Shown: piece after piece, positions 1 to 12,835 of the stretch
How the letters are laid out: every line of letters starts with the position of its first letter
Numbering within the stretch: the first letter of the stretch is position 1
Source of the DNA: Felis catus
Lineage: Eukaryota
Assembly: GCF_018350175.1 (NCBI RefSeq)
Contig: NC_058368.1
Span: 59,460,001-59,524,000, forward strand
DNA length: 64,000 bases
Direction: 5' to 3'
Made by a program: the position numbers and the translations under genes
Notes under the pieces: model-generated
Seen by the model: the letters and a program-made list of their open reading frames with translations, nothing else
Database searches by the model: none
What the model was told of the DNA's origin: nothing

Positions 1-672
1 TATTCAAATTCTGTAAGATGCCTAAATCAGTGTCCTTCTCAATTTACTCATAATCATGTTATCTACTCTTACATTAATTCAATAACGGAGTATATTCTGG
101 AATGCTTAGTGTATGCCAATTAAATATATATGCTGTCATTTCTGGTAGTTGTAGGGACAGAATCAATACAGGATAGAAGATGCTAGGATGAGGAGACTCA
201 GTCTGATTTAATACCAGCGCCAGAACAAGACAAAAACACCTTTCTAACTTTCCATTTGTTTTAGATGTTAAGTTTCTGTTCCAGAGAAATATTTTCTGTT
301 TTATAATTTGTGGTTATAAATTAAAGCTAATGAGCACAGTTTATTCATTTGTGTATATCAAAGTATTTTTGAAGAAAGTCACTGGTCATAAATATGTCTA
401 TGCACATTGCAGACTCTTTGCTTCCAGGGTTTGTGAATTATAAGTTAAACTATAAAGCTAAGATGGAATATAAATTATATTACCTAAAATCCTATTGTAA
501 TTTTACTTATATAATGAATACATGGCTGAATATAAAGCAGCTACATTGGAGTCTTTTATCCTTTCTTTTATTCTCCTCCATCCCCCAACCCGGGTTGTCT
601 GGGATGGTCAAGCTCTAGAATAACTAAAAGAAAAAAAAAAACCCAGGAAATATTACATATTCACCCAACTGA

Positions 673-721
673 ATATATATCATATATCATATATATGTGT
701 GTGTGTGTGTATATATATATA

Positions 722-762
<41 letters not shown>
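673..762. repeat. compound (TA)n/(TG)n microsatellite
   Basis: alternating TA and TG runs read directly. Confidence 0.95.
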
Positions 763-765
<3 letters not shown>

Positions 766-1479
766 TTCATGATTTCAGTTACAAAACCATTGACATCAGC
801 CTTTTGACACCAGTCTGTAAAACACAATCATAACAGCAAATCTATCTGATCTGTGTTAACTAGGTTTCTCTTGGCACTAGCATTATATGATGCTCCTAAA
901 TCTTTTGATTAGTATTGACTTGTCTCTGAGATGTGTGTCAACTTCTGTAAGCTTCTAGGGCTGCACACCTTATTTTAATCAGGGCTTAGCATTAATCTTT
1001 ATGAATGATAAAACGTGTGCCATTGGAAAATAAATTGATTTAAGCGCATGCCAACTTTTAGGTACTACACAAAACACTTAAGACCTTCATCCTGCCTTTG
1101 AAATATGGCATTATTCTCCACATGTATACTTCGCTGTTTTAAGATACTTTTCATATTAATTAAAATAATGGTAAAAGACTTTTCATTAACGTTTTGGGTG
1201 TGGGATTGATATTTTTTTCAGAGAAAACACAGAGGCATATTAGAATAAGTGTTTGAACTTTTGATTACAATTTTATTTTTTCGCAGATTTTGAATTGAAG
1301 CCTACACACTTTCATTTTTCATAATCCTAGAACACTCTAAGGAGAAATATTAATTAATTGTCCTTATATGCAGGTATACATAGAAGATGAAATACAATTA
1401 TAATTGGCAGAAATGAAATTTTTTTAGCTTTTCAGTTTTCTTTAAAAAATGAACTAAATTAAGAGGGTTATGAGATAGA

Positions 1480-1935
1480 AATTATGTTTGTGGAAATCAA
1501 AATTCAGTGTTAAAAATAATAGATCTTAAAAACAAGTAATTTCTCATCAAAGATGAAATTCTCATAAAGTCTGGAGCAATTATTGAAGTTTTTGATATGA
1601 GAGACCCAGGGCCCTTCTTTCTTCTCAGCCATCCATTGTATATCTAATGGCCTTATCTTCACTAGATAGGTACAGCTCTGTAAGTATCAGACCCATGTTC
1701 CAAGCAAAAGTAATGACAAGATTAAAGGGCACACAACACACACTAGTGAGCCTGCTAACATTGCAAGTGTTATACTAGAATCAGCACAAAAATTTTTACA
1801 TGTCTAGCCCCAATGAACTTATGGTATGCAGTATTCCATCTGGAAAATTTTTAAGTATACATAAACTAGATTTTGTTAATAAGGCAGAGGAAGGTAATGG
1901 ATATTAAGAAAGTAATAATCAAAACATGTCAAAAT
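1480..1935 (-). mobile_element. old ERVL-MaLR LTR remnant (MLT1J/K-like)
   Basis: motifs 'gagacccagggcccttctttctt' and 'attttgttaataaggcagaggaaggtaatggatatt' resemble MLT1 consensus; ends approximate. Confidence 0.45.
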
Positions 1936-2141
1936 GTGAGAGAGACCGTATGATAGATATAATTCATCAAAAAAATCCTATGGATTAATGGAGCTGACAT
2001 TCAAATGAAGGGAGAAAATAAGCAATAAATATGTGAGATGTCAGAAGTTGATAAGTTATTACAAGGAAAAGTAATTCAGAGTAAGGGGATTGTGATAAGA
2101 AAATGCTATTTTGTACAAAGGGAGTGGGAGGTATTATTCTT

Positions 2142-2349
2142 TTTTTCCAACGTTTATTTATTTTGGGACAGAGAGAGACAGAGCATGAACAGGGGAGGGG
2201 CAGAGAGAGAGGGAGACACAGAATCAGAAACAGGCTCCAGGCTCTGAACCATCAGCCCAGAGCCCGATGCGGGGCTCGAACTCACGGACCGCGAGATCGT
2301 GACCTGGCTGAAGTCGGACGCTTAACCGACTGCGCCACCCAGGCGCCCC
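2142..2349 (-). mobile_element. young feline Can-SINE (SINEC_Fc-like)
   Basis: tRNA-derived head (reverse of ggggcgcctgggtggcgcagtcgg), (CT)n linker, A tail; TSD ttattctt at 2134-2141 and 2350-2357. Confidence 0.97.
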
Positions 2350-2940
2350 TTATTCTTGACAAGCTGACAATTAGTGGAAAACTGGAGAAAGTGCCACATT
2401 TAATAAAGCAGATACTCGAGGACAGAGCAGGAAGGCAGAAGGAAGAGCACATTTAAAGCCTCTCAGTTGAGAGAATATTCCAAGAACAGCAAAGCCTAAC
2501 AGATTATGGAGGTAAGAAAGCAAGAGAGAGGATGAGAGGCCAGTGGCAGAAGTAGAGTTCACACAGGCTATAATGTCTCTGGATTTGAATCTGAATTAAA
2601 TATGAAGTAAATCATGGGTTGTGAGATTACATAATCTGGCTCTTATTTATTGCTTTATGGAGAACAGCATGGAGGGAACAATCCCATTTTATATTCATTT
2701 CTGTCATTTTCCTTTATGCTATTTATTACCCCAGTTGACTTATTCTAAAAAAGGGGTATATATTCACATTGCCAAGAAACTATTCTATTTCTTCCCATGT
2801 AATCCATTCTATTAATTGATTAATTAGCAAATACTAAGCGTATTAAAGAGTTTATATTGTTGTTGGTTGAAATCCTTAAAATTTTATTATATGTGTGAGG
2901 CAATATTTGTATACATCTATTTCACTTGCCTTGATTTTTT

Positions 2941-3158
2941 TTAAATTTTTTTTTCAACGTTTATTTTTTTGGGGGGACAGAGAGAGACAGAGCATGAACG
3001 GGGGAGGGGCAGAGAGAGAGGGAGACACAGAATCGGAAACAGGCTCCAGGCTCTGAGCCATCAGCCCAGAGCCTGACGCGGGGCTCGAACTCACGGACCG
3101 CGAGATCGTGACCTGGCTGAAGTCGGACGCTTAACCGACTGCGCCACCCAGGCGCCCC
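2941..3158 (-). mobile_element. young feline Can-SINE (SINEC_Fc-like)
   Basis: CpG-intact body; perfect 18-bp TSD cacttgccttgatttttt at 2923-2940 and 3159-3176. Confidence 0.98.
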
Positions 3159-3232
3159 CACTTGCCTTGATTTTTTGTTTACATCTATTAATATGTAATA
3201 AATATGAAAATATTCTTTGCACACCTATTTCT

Positions 3233-3269
3233 CACACACACACTCACACACACACACACACACACACAC
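3233..3269. repeat. (CA)n microsatellite
   Basis: read directly. Confidence 0.95.
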
Positions 3270-3339
3270 TGATACTAATAATGCATATTGTCCATAATCT
3301 TTATTCCCAAATATGTCCCTTTAATTAATTAATTGATTA

Positions 3340-5612
3340 ATTAATTTTTAAATTTTATTATTTTTTATAATTTAGCTTTATTTTTTATTTTTTTTTAATT
3401 TACATCCAAAGTAGTTATATATAATGAAGCAATGATTTCAGGAGTAGATTCCTTAATGCCCCTTACCCATTTAGCCCATCCCCCCTCCCACAACCCCTCC
3501 AACAACCCTCAGTTTGTTCTCCATGAGGCTCTTCTGTTTTGCCCCCCTCCTTGTTTTTATATTATTTTTTATTTCCCTTCCCCTATGTTCATCTGTTTTG
3601 TCTCTTAAAGTCCTCATATGAGTGAAGTCATATGATTTTTGTCTTTCTCTGACTAATGTCACTTAGCATAATACCCTCCAGTTCCATCCACATAGTTGCA
3701 AATAGCAAGATTTCATTCTTTTTGCTTGCTGAGTCATACTCCATTGTATATATATATACCACATCTTCTTTATCCATTCATCCATCGATGGACATTTGGG
3801 CTCTTTCCATACTTTGGCTATTGTTGATAGTGCTGCTATAAACATGGGGGTACATGTGTCCCTTCAAAACAGCACACCTGTATCCCTTGGATAAATGCCT
3901 AGTAGTGCAATTGCTGGGTCGTGGGGTAGTTCTATTTTTAGTTTTTTGAGGAACCTCCATGCTGTTTTCCAGAGTGGCTGCACCAGCTTGCATTCCCACC
4001 AACAATGCAAAAGAGATCCTCTTTCTCTGCATCCTCGCCAACATCTGTTGTTGCCTGAGTTGTTAATGTTAGCCATTCTGACAGGTGTAAGGTGGTATCT
4101 CATTGTGGTTTTGATTTGTATTTCCTTGATGATGAGTGATGTGGGGCATTTTTTCATGTGTTGGTTGGCCATCTCGATGTCTTCTTTGGAGAAGTGTCTA
4201 TTCATGTCTTTGCCCATTCCTTCACTGGATTATTTGTTTTTTTGGGTGTTGAGTTTGATAAGTTCTTTGTAGATTTTGGATACTAACCCTTTATCTGATA
4301 TGTCATGTGCAAATATCTTCTCCCATTCTGTCAGTTGCCTTTTAGTTTTGCTGATTGTTTCCTTCACTGTGTAGAAGCTTTTAATTTTGATGAGGTCGGA
4401 ATAGTTCATTTTTGCTTTTGTTTCCCTTGCCTCTGGAGACGTGTTGAGTAAGAAGTTGCTGCGGCCAAGGTCAAAGAAGTTTTTGGCTGCTTTCTCCTCA
4501 AGGATTTTGATGGCTTCCTGTCTTACATTTAGGTCTTTCCTCCATTTTGAGTTTATTTTTGTGTCTGGTGTAAGAAAGTGGTCCAGGTTCATTCTTCTGC
4601 ATGTTGCTGTCCAGTTTTCCCAGCACCACTTGCTGAAGAGACTGTCTTTATTCCATTGGATATTCTTTCCTGCTTTGTCAAAGATTAGTTGGCCATACGT
4701 TTGTGAGTCCATTTCTGGGTTCTCTATTCTGTTCCATTGATCTGAGTGTCTGTTGTTGTGCCAGTACCATACTGTCTTGATGATTACAGCTTTGTAGTAT
4801 AGTTTGAAGTCTGGGATTGTGATGCCTCCTGCTTTGGTTTTCTTCTTCGAGATTGCTTTGGCTATTCAGGGTCTTTTCTGGTTCCATACAACTTTTAGGA
4901 TTATTTGTTCTAGCTCTGTGAAGAATGCTGGTGTTACTTTGATAGGGATTGCGTTGAATATGTAGATTGCTTTGGGTAATATCGACATGTGAACAATATT
5001 TGTTCTTCCCATCCAGGAGCATGGAATCTTTTCCCATTTCTTTGTGTCTTCTTCAATTTCCTTCATACGCTTTCTATAGTTTTCAGTGTATAGATTTTTC
5101 ACCTCTTTGGTTAGATTTATTCCTAGGTATTTTATGGTTTTTGGTGCAATTGTAAATGGGATTGATTCCTTGATTTCTCTTTCTGTCGCTTCATTGTTGG
5201 TGTATAGGAATGCAACCGATTTCTGTGCATTGATTCTATATCCTGCGACTTTGCTGAATTCATGAATCAGTTCTAGCAGTTTTTTGGTGGAATCTTTTGG
5301 GTTTTCCATATAGAGTATCATGTCATTTGCAATGAGTTGAAGTTTGACCTTCTCCTGGCCGATTTGGATGGCTTTTATTTCTTTGTATTGTTTGATTGCA
5401 GAGGCTAAGACTTCCCATACTATGTTGAATAACAGTGGCGAGAGTGGACATCCCTGTCTTGTTCCTGACCTTAGGGAGAAAGCTCTCAGTTTTTCCCCAT
5501 TGTGGATGATATTGCATTGGATCGCTTGTATATGACTTTTATCATCTCGAGGTATGCTCCTTCTATCCCTATTTTTTTTGAGGGTTTTTATCAAGAAAGG
5601 ATGCTGTATTTT
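3340..5612 (-). mobile_element. 5'-truncated LINE-1 (L1-A): 3' part of ORF2, 3'UTR and A-rich tail
   Basis: minus-strand ORFs with RT motif [15 protein letters not shown] and C-terminal [14 protein letters not shown]; frameshifted; no convincing TSD; 3' boundary approximate. Confidence 0.96.
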
Positions 5613-5690
5613 TATTCTTATATTTTTAAATTACCTAAAAATTCAAATTCAGAGAGATAACTTAAGATTGTGTATTAAGAGTATTTCTCT

Positions 5691-6082
5691 GAGGTGCCTG
5701 CCTGGCTCAGTCAGTTAATCATCCAACTCTTTTTTTTTTTTTTAATGTTTATTTGTTTTTGAGAGAGAGGTCACAAGGAGGGAAGGGGCAGACAGAGAGG
5801 GAGACACCGAATCTGAAGCAGGCTCCAGGCTCTGAGCTGTCAGCACAGAGCCGGACCCGGGGCTCGAACCTGTGAACCGTGAGACCATGACCTGAGCTGA
5901 TGACCAGTGCTTATTAACCACTTGCCCTCCAGGTGCCACAGTCATCCAACTCTTGATTTTAGCTCAGATCACTGTGTCACGGTTTGTGAGACTGAGCCCT
6001 GCATCAGGCTCTGTGCTGACAGTGCAGAGCCTGCTTGGGATTCTCCCTCTCTCTTAAAATGAATACATAAACTTAAAAAAAA
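5691..6082 (+). mobile_element. older Can-SINE split by a second SINE
   Basis: head gaggtgcctgcctggctcagtc at 5691, resumes after 5954, A tail near 6075; TSD core tatttctct at 5682-5690 and 6083-6091. Confidence 0.9.
5732..5939 (-). mobile_element. Can-SINE nested antisense in the previous SINE
   Basis: TSD tcatccaactctt at 5719-5731 and 5942-5954. Confidence 0.95.
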
Positions 6083-6147
6083 TATTTCTCTAAAAAATTC
6101 TGTTCTATACAGTTGTGTTAATTTCACAGACACATTATTAACAACTT

Positions 6148-6569
6148 TTTAGTATCTCTTACAAAGTTTGGTATCTTAGTTGTGAACTTTCTTTTATTCA
6201 CATCTCTTTTTTTTAGTTTAATTCTCTGTTTTTTTAGTTTAATTCTAGTTTATACCAGGAGTATGAAATAGAGTGTACATAAGTAATGTGTTTTGTGTCT
6301 TTGCCCACTTTAAAAATATATCTCTTATGTTGCCCTCTGTGGTAGTCATTAGCACTACTTTTTATTTAGTATCTCTTACAAAGTTTGGTATGTAGTTGTA
6401 AACTTTCTTTATTCATATCTCTTTTTTTTACTTTAATTCTTTTTTTCAGTTTAATTCTAGTTTATACCAGGAGTATAAAATAGACTCTACATAAGTTATG
6501 TGTTTTGTGTCTTTGCCTACTTTAAAAATATATCATTATGCTGCCCTCTGTGGTAGTCAGAGCTCTGCT
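6148..6569. repeat. tandem duplication, 2 units of about 211-217 bp
   Basis: agtatctcttacaaagtttggtat at 6151 and 6368; ccctctgtggtagtca ending at 6348 and 6559. Confidence 0.95.
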
Positions 6570-7145
6570 AGCTCTCTGAATTTCAAACAGATGTTTAAGA
6601 TTTCTCATAATTGTGTACTTTGATTTGGCCAGCCCATGTGATTAGTTCTGTTCAACGAGAATGGAACAGGAATTCCACACTGCTGATATTTAAAGAAAAT
6701 AATTAAGTTTTATCTACTTTTTTTTGAAAGAGAGAGAACAGGGGAGGGGCAGAGAGAGAATCCCAAGCAGGCTCCACACTGTCAGCACAGAGCTGGACAG
6801 GGGGCTTGAACTCAATGAACCATGAGACCATGTCCTTAGCCAAAACCAGGAGCCAGAAACCCAACCAGCTGAGCCACCCAGGCATACCCACACTGATGAT
6901 ATTTAAATGCTGATATGATGTGATCCAGCGATCTCCATTTATTTCTGTTATGGCAACCAACAATGTTTATGATAGCTTCTTCTCCATTGGTGTGGAAATG
7001 TTAATGTCTGTAGTGAACAATATCTCCCCACTTCCTTTAGCCAACTATAAGGGGTCATGTAGCCTGAATAATAAATTATCCATTGTTGTTTTAAGCTACT
7101 GGATATCTGCGTGTATAGCATGACCTATTTGCTTTTGAATAATAT
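6549..7145 (+). mobile_element. old MLT1-type MaLR LTR interrupted by a SINE
   Basis: starts tgtggtag, internal catgtgattagttctg, ends ttgttttaagctactg...gaataata as in MLT1 LTRs. Confidence 0.6.
6695..6888 (-). mobile_element. older Can-SINE
   Basis: TSD cacactg(c/a)tgatatttaaa at 6676-6694 and 6889-6907. Confidence 0.93.
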
Positions 7146-8110
7146 GAAAATACTACCTAAAATCAGCTGCATTCATAACAAAAAGCTTAACATGTGTGTC
7201 AATTTCAGATGGAAAATTTGGTGAAAATAAAGAGATAAAGAGATCTATTACAGAAAGCAGAATGATTTGTCATGTAGTTCTAGAATAGGAAATTAAAATA
7301 ATCAACAACAGTGACAGTTACCATGGGTTTGCTGCTCTTCTCAGAAAAAGATAAGTTATATAATAGTTGTCTAAATTTGAAATTAGAAATTAAGAGTAAA
7401 GGAATCTACATATCCAGTAATTTATAGGGTATGACTAAAGTATTGCCTCTCAAACCCAAACAGTAAAACATGCAATTAATTAAGAATTCCTTTCAGCAAC
7501 AAGGCAGATTAAAGCTCAGTTTGCATCTAAAATCAAATCAAAGGGTTTGTCTGTCACATCCATAGCTAGAAACCCATGAAAAAAGATTAAATCATTACTA
7601 AGTAAAATCCTTTTCATAAGACTAAATTGACTCAAAGAAAACTTTATAAATGCTAAATGTTTGGTGGACCCATAAAAGCCTATTATACTTAAATTAATTA
7701 CTTTTTTTTTTTTTAGGTAAAAGAGGGAGAAGCAGAGATAAAGAGATAAAGAGACAGAGACAGATTGTTGAGGGCAGATAGCATTTCTAAAAACAAATAA
7801 CCAAACATAAACAACAATAAATCCTTCAAGCGTGGCAATTGGCACAAAAAGTTGATAGAAATAAATGGAAAAGAAAACCACAATGCCATGCCTTTGAGAC
7901 AGTAGTTTTGCAAAATATATATCAATTTAAAAGAAAAAGTCTCTCTTCCTTTCAAACTTAAATGACCCTTGGGACATTTTCTATTGCCCACTTCAGAAGG
8001 TACCAAGGAATTTAAAGAAAAAGAACTTGTGAAAGGCCAGAGATAAGAGGCTGGGGCTATAATTTGAGATCCTGCTTCCAGAGATTGAGAATTCAACAAT
8101 AATAAGGTTT
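7146..8110 (+). mobile_element. probable MaLR internal region (MLT1-int remnant)
   Basis: directly after the LTR, gaaaatactacc...gctgcattcataacaaaaagcttaacatgtgtg resembles the MaLR internal start; heavily decayed. Confidence 0.4.
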
Positions 8111-8149
8111 GTTCCCCTACTTCAAGACCATTAAAATTTTTGTTCCCTG

Positions 8150-9148
8150 AGTATCCAAACTATATACAGAACTTATAAAACTCAACAGCCCAACAAACAA
8201 TAATCCAGTTAAAAAATAGGCAGAAGACACGAAGAGACATTTTTCCAAAGAACAGAATACATACAGATGACAAACAGACATGAAAAAATGCTCAATATCA
8301 CTTCTCAGCAGGGAAATACAAGTCAAAACCATGATGAGAGGTCACCTCACACTTGTCAGAAAGGCTAAAATAACATAGGAAACAACAGGTGTTGGTGAGG
8401 ATACTGAGAAAGGGGAACCCTGTTACACTGTTGATAGGAATGTAAACTGATGTAGCCAATTTGGAAAACCATATGGAGGTTCCTCAAAAAGTTAATATAG
8501 AACTATACAATGATCCAGCAATTTCACTACTAGGTATTTATCCAAAGAATACAAAAATACTAGTTTGAAGGGATATATGCACCCAGATATTTATGGCAGT
8601 GTTCTCAACAAAGTCAAATATTGGAAAGAGTCCAGATGTCCATCAACTGATGAATGGATAAAGATGTAGTGTATGTGTGTATGTGTCCATATAATTATAT
8701 ATATATATATATAATTATAATTATTACTATATATAATTATATGTAATTATATATATACACACACACACAATAGAATATTACTCAGCCATCAAAAAGAATG
8801 AAATTTTTGCATTTGCTGTGATGTGGATAGAGCTAGAAAGTATTATGGTGAGTGAAATAAGCCAGGCAGAGAAAGATAAATGATGTATGATTTTAGTCAT
8901 ATGTGGAATTTAGGAAACAAAACAAATGAGTATACAGGGAATAAAGATCAATTTATCTACAGATAGTAACTTGGATTGTTTACATTGTTTCCAACCAAGA
9001 AACAGACTCTTAAGTATAAAAAACAAACTGATAGTTACCAGAAGGGAGGTGGACGGGGGAATGTAGGTTTTGGGGACTGAGGAGGGCACTTGTGATGAGC
9101 ATTCGGTATTTTATGTAAGTGTTGAATCACTAAATTCTACACCTGAAA
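8150..9148 (+). mobile_element. carnivore LINE-1 3' fragment (ORF2 C-terminus and 3'UTR)
   Basis: gtatccaaactatatacagaactt..., catcaactgatgaatggataaag, 3'UTR gttgaatcactaaattctacacctgaaa; TA-rich microsatellite at 8689-8768. Confidence 0.92.
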
Positions 9149-9381
9149 TGTTATTTTTCACTCTGTTTTCCAGTGTGTATTGGATGACTAAAGGAGAGAT
9201 AACATGTCTTTGTAGTTCATAGGTCCCCACATAGAAGAAACTACCTCTGGTTCATGTTTCAGTTGGAGTACTTTGCATTTAATGCCATGATTGGCAAACT
9301 GGCCATTTGCTATGATGATCCAAAGGGCATCGTTATATATCTTGCTTTGATGCTTGCTTATGAAATGTGGATGCAAGCTGC

Positions 9382-9873
9382 TTTTTTTAAGTTGTATAAT
9401 TAACATACCCTGTTATATTAGTTTCAGTTGTACACTATAATGATTCAACAATTCTATACATTAATCAGTGCTCATCACAGTAAGTATATTCTTAATCCCC
9501 TTCACTTATGTCACCCATCTCTTCCCCCCCCCCCCACCACCTCCCCTCTGGCAACCACTAATTTGTTCCTTGTATTTGAGTCAATTTTTCCTTTTGTCTC
9601 TTTTTTTCTTTGTTTTGTTTTGTCTTTCTGTGACTTATTTCACTTAGCATTCATTATACCCTCTAGATCCATCCATGTTGTTTCAGATTGTAATATTTCA
9701 TTCTTGTTTATGGCTAAGTAATATTCCATTGTGTGTGTGGGTGTGGGTGTGTGTATACATGCATACAATTGTATATACATAGCACATTTACTTTATCAAT
9801 TCATCTATGGATGGTAACTTGGAATGCTTACATTGTTTCCATATCTTGGCTATTATAAATAATGCTGCTATAA
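9382..9873 (-). mobile_element. LINE-1 3' end fragment
   Basis: antisense 3'UTR gtttcagttgtacactataatgattcaaca ... atatcttggctattataaataatgctgc. Confidence 0.88.
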
Positions 9874-10334
9874 AGTTTTAATAATTCTTAGTGTAATTTC
9901 TTAAGAGCTAATGCACAAGTTAGTATGCATTATCACGTTCTTATTTCATGAATTCTAATGCTTGCAAAGGGGGCTTCTCTGTTTATCTCTATCGCCGAAT
10001 GACCAACTAGCAGAAATATCAACAGTTGACTTCCAGTACATGTAATTAGAGAAGGAGGGTGGTCAAACTTGGTTCACTGAGATTTTAATTTTTGATACCC
10101 CCCTCAGTATAGTCTTGCCTCTTTACTAATATATTCATCTATTTGAATAGTAGTTTGCCTAGATAAATTATACATTCAAAATTATACTTCACATCTGTTT
10201 TCAAGACAGTGCTCTTTTACTTGTCAATTTGAAATGGTATGCAAATATAAATATCATTTATTCATAGATTATAGTCCCTCTAGCTATGGAAAGTTATTCT
10301 TTTCAATTTGAAAATCAGAAATTTAAGAAGTATA

Positions 10335-10698
10335 TGACTTAGTTCATTCCAGCTGCTATAATAAAAATACCATAGACTTGGTGATTTAAACCACAAACAT
10401 GTTTTATTCACAGTTCTGGAGGGTGGGAAGTCCTAAGATCCAAGTAACAGTAGACTTGGTGTCTGGTGAGACCTGCTTCCTAGTTCATAGATTGTCATTT
10501 TTTTACTCTGTGATCTCATAGCAGAAAGGACAAGGGAGCTCCCCGGGGTCTAGTTTATAAGGCCACTATATCCGTTCATGAGGGTGCCACCCTCATGATC
10601 TAATCACCAACCAAGGCTCCATCTCGAAATACCATCACATTAGGAATTAGATTTCAATATATGAATTTTGGAAAGACACAAACATTCACTCTATAGCA
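10335..10698 (-). mobile_element. solo MaLR LTR (MLT1A-like)
   Basis: TG...CA ends, cacagttctggagggtgggaagtcc, catgagggtgccaccctcatga; 5-bp TSD gtata/gtatt. Confidence 0.85.
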
Positions 10699-11344
10699 GT
10701 ATTTTTTAAGTGTGTCCTTTTTTAAAAATCAATCTTGTTCAGAAATAATGTCAATTTCAAATATGAGTCATGTTTTTTCTTCCACAGTGATCATATATTC
10801 ATAATTTCTTTTGTCCTCTTCTGTCTGAAAATGGTATTATTTGAATATTAAATTTCCATGATTTGTCTTTCATATTTCATAACTTCTCATTTCGGTTTTC
10901 TTTCAATAAATTTGTCTTTAAATTTGCTGTCTTGTTCTACATTTACAAGGTTGTTTAAACTTCACCTTTCAAAGAATTAATTTTGTCTAAAGCCTTTGTG
11001 GTATTCATCTATTCTAATTACTTATTATTCTTTTTTTTTGTTCTTTGTCCAATTTTTTCTTCCTTGTTTTCTTGTTTAAAAACATTTTCAAGGATTCAAA
11101 TTTCACATTTTAAAAATACTCTATGTGTATTTCATTTTCAATCATACCCTCTTTTTCTCTGTCAAAACCGGTTGCTCATATTCTTAATTTCTGTTGCAAG
11201 TGGATTTATTTTTAGATTTTTCAAAATTACAGATGGTTAATTCCATTTAATATTATTAATACAATTCTATATCAATGACAATAAAATGTTGTCATAAGTT
11301 TTCTTACTAAATGTGTAATTTTTTGTGTGTACAAATATTTTCTT

Positions 11345-11557
11345 TTTTTAAATTGTTTTTAGTGTTTATTTAATTTTGAGAGAGAGACAGAGCATGAGAG
11401 GAGAGAGGCAGAGAGAGAGGGAAACACAGAATCCGAAACAGGCTCCAGGCTGTGAACTGTCAGCACAGAGCCTGATGCAGGGCTCGAACCCACGAACTAT
11501 GAGATCGTGACCAGAGCCAAAGTCTGGCTTTTAACCAACTCAGCCACCCAGGCGCCC
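11345..11557 (-). mobile_element. Can-SINE
   Basis: TSD tacaaata(a)ttttctt at 11330-11344 and 11558-11573. Confidence 0.96.
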
Positions 11558-12835
11558 TACAAATAATTTTCTTAATGTTAGATTCAGATTAGATGGTAAG
11601 GGATTTTGACAGGCTGACATTTATGTAAATAAAATGTATGATTGCAAGGAAGTGACCACACATGTAAGTTTAAACTTTTAAGTTTAAAAATATTTTTGTA
11701 TTTTCTTCATTCCTGGTTGAAACTGTTATTATTTTATTGAATTTTTTATTTCCTGTTATATTTTCTTACATTGGGTTCTGCCTAATTTTAATGTTGTGTT
11801 CACCCCACAGTTCTTCCAGGCGCATTACTACTTTGTTTAGAAAAAGGTTATGATTGATTTAATTTAACTCAAAGAAAATAGCATAATCTGTCATGAATAT
11901 CTTGGGTAGGATAACTGTGTGTGGCCCAATGAACTATAGGTCTTGTTGTAAATAATTACTTTGAGAAATGGCCTATGTCTCCTCCATACTTCCTGTATTT
12001 TTGGATTCCAACCTATAAGTCCATCTGGAATCCCATGTTGAAGAATGACTTTACCCCTGCAACAGCTCTGTGCTTTGCCAGTCTTTGGTTATTATATGCT
12101 CTGTTACCATTATTCTGTTATGTGCTTTATGGAGTCTTGAAGTTACATACAGTTTATTTTTGCAGGGTTGCATTTTTTTTTCTTCTAGAGCTCTTAGAGA
12201 TCTCTTCTCTTTCTTCTTTATCATTTCTATTACTTTTATTTTAAGAAAGCACATGCTCACCAAATGGCATTGATAGTCTGTTCTAAAAATTTAATAACTT
12301 TGGCTATGGGTATTAACAATATTGAAAGAAGTTGAAAGTCTCTTCACTGTAGTTAGGGGCAAAAAAATTCCCCCCTCAAGGTAACTCATTTTCAACTATT
12401 TTAGAATCAAAGCTATATTCAGGGTCCCACAGTGGGATGAGTTAATATTGGTCCACATGGCAAGATGAGTAAAGCATGAAAGTTCAGTTGCAAGAGACTG
12501 GAGTCCAAGTCACATTGATTTAATGGAGACTTAGGATAACTGCTTTACCTTATTTCAGATAAATCAGAATTTGAAGTTGAAAAAAATCTTCCCCTTTCCA
12601 TCTGCTCGCTTTTTTTTTAATATTAAATTTATTGTCAAATTGGCTTCCATACAACACCCAGTGCTCATCCCTACAGGTGCCCTCCTCAATACCTATCACC
12701 CAGCCTCCCCTCCCTCCCACCCCCAATAAACCCTCAGTTTGTTCTCAGTTTTTAAGAGTCTCTTATATTTTGGCTCCCTCCCTTTCTAACCTCTTTTTTT
12801 TTCTTCCCCTCCCCCATGGTCTTCTGTTAAGTTTC

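Noticed and set aside
2038..2456. ORFs spanning SINEs (also 2961-3224, 5742-5945, 46958-47305)
   Set aside because: Standard Can-SINE translation artefacts.
10576..10597. hairpin catgagggtg-c-caccctcatg
   Set aside because: Part of the normal MLT1A LTR sequence.
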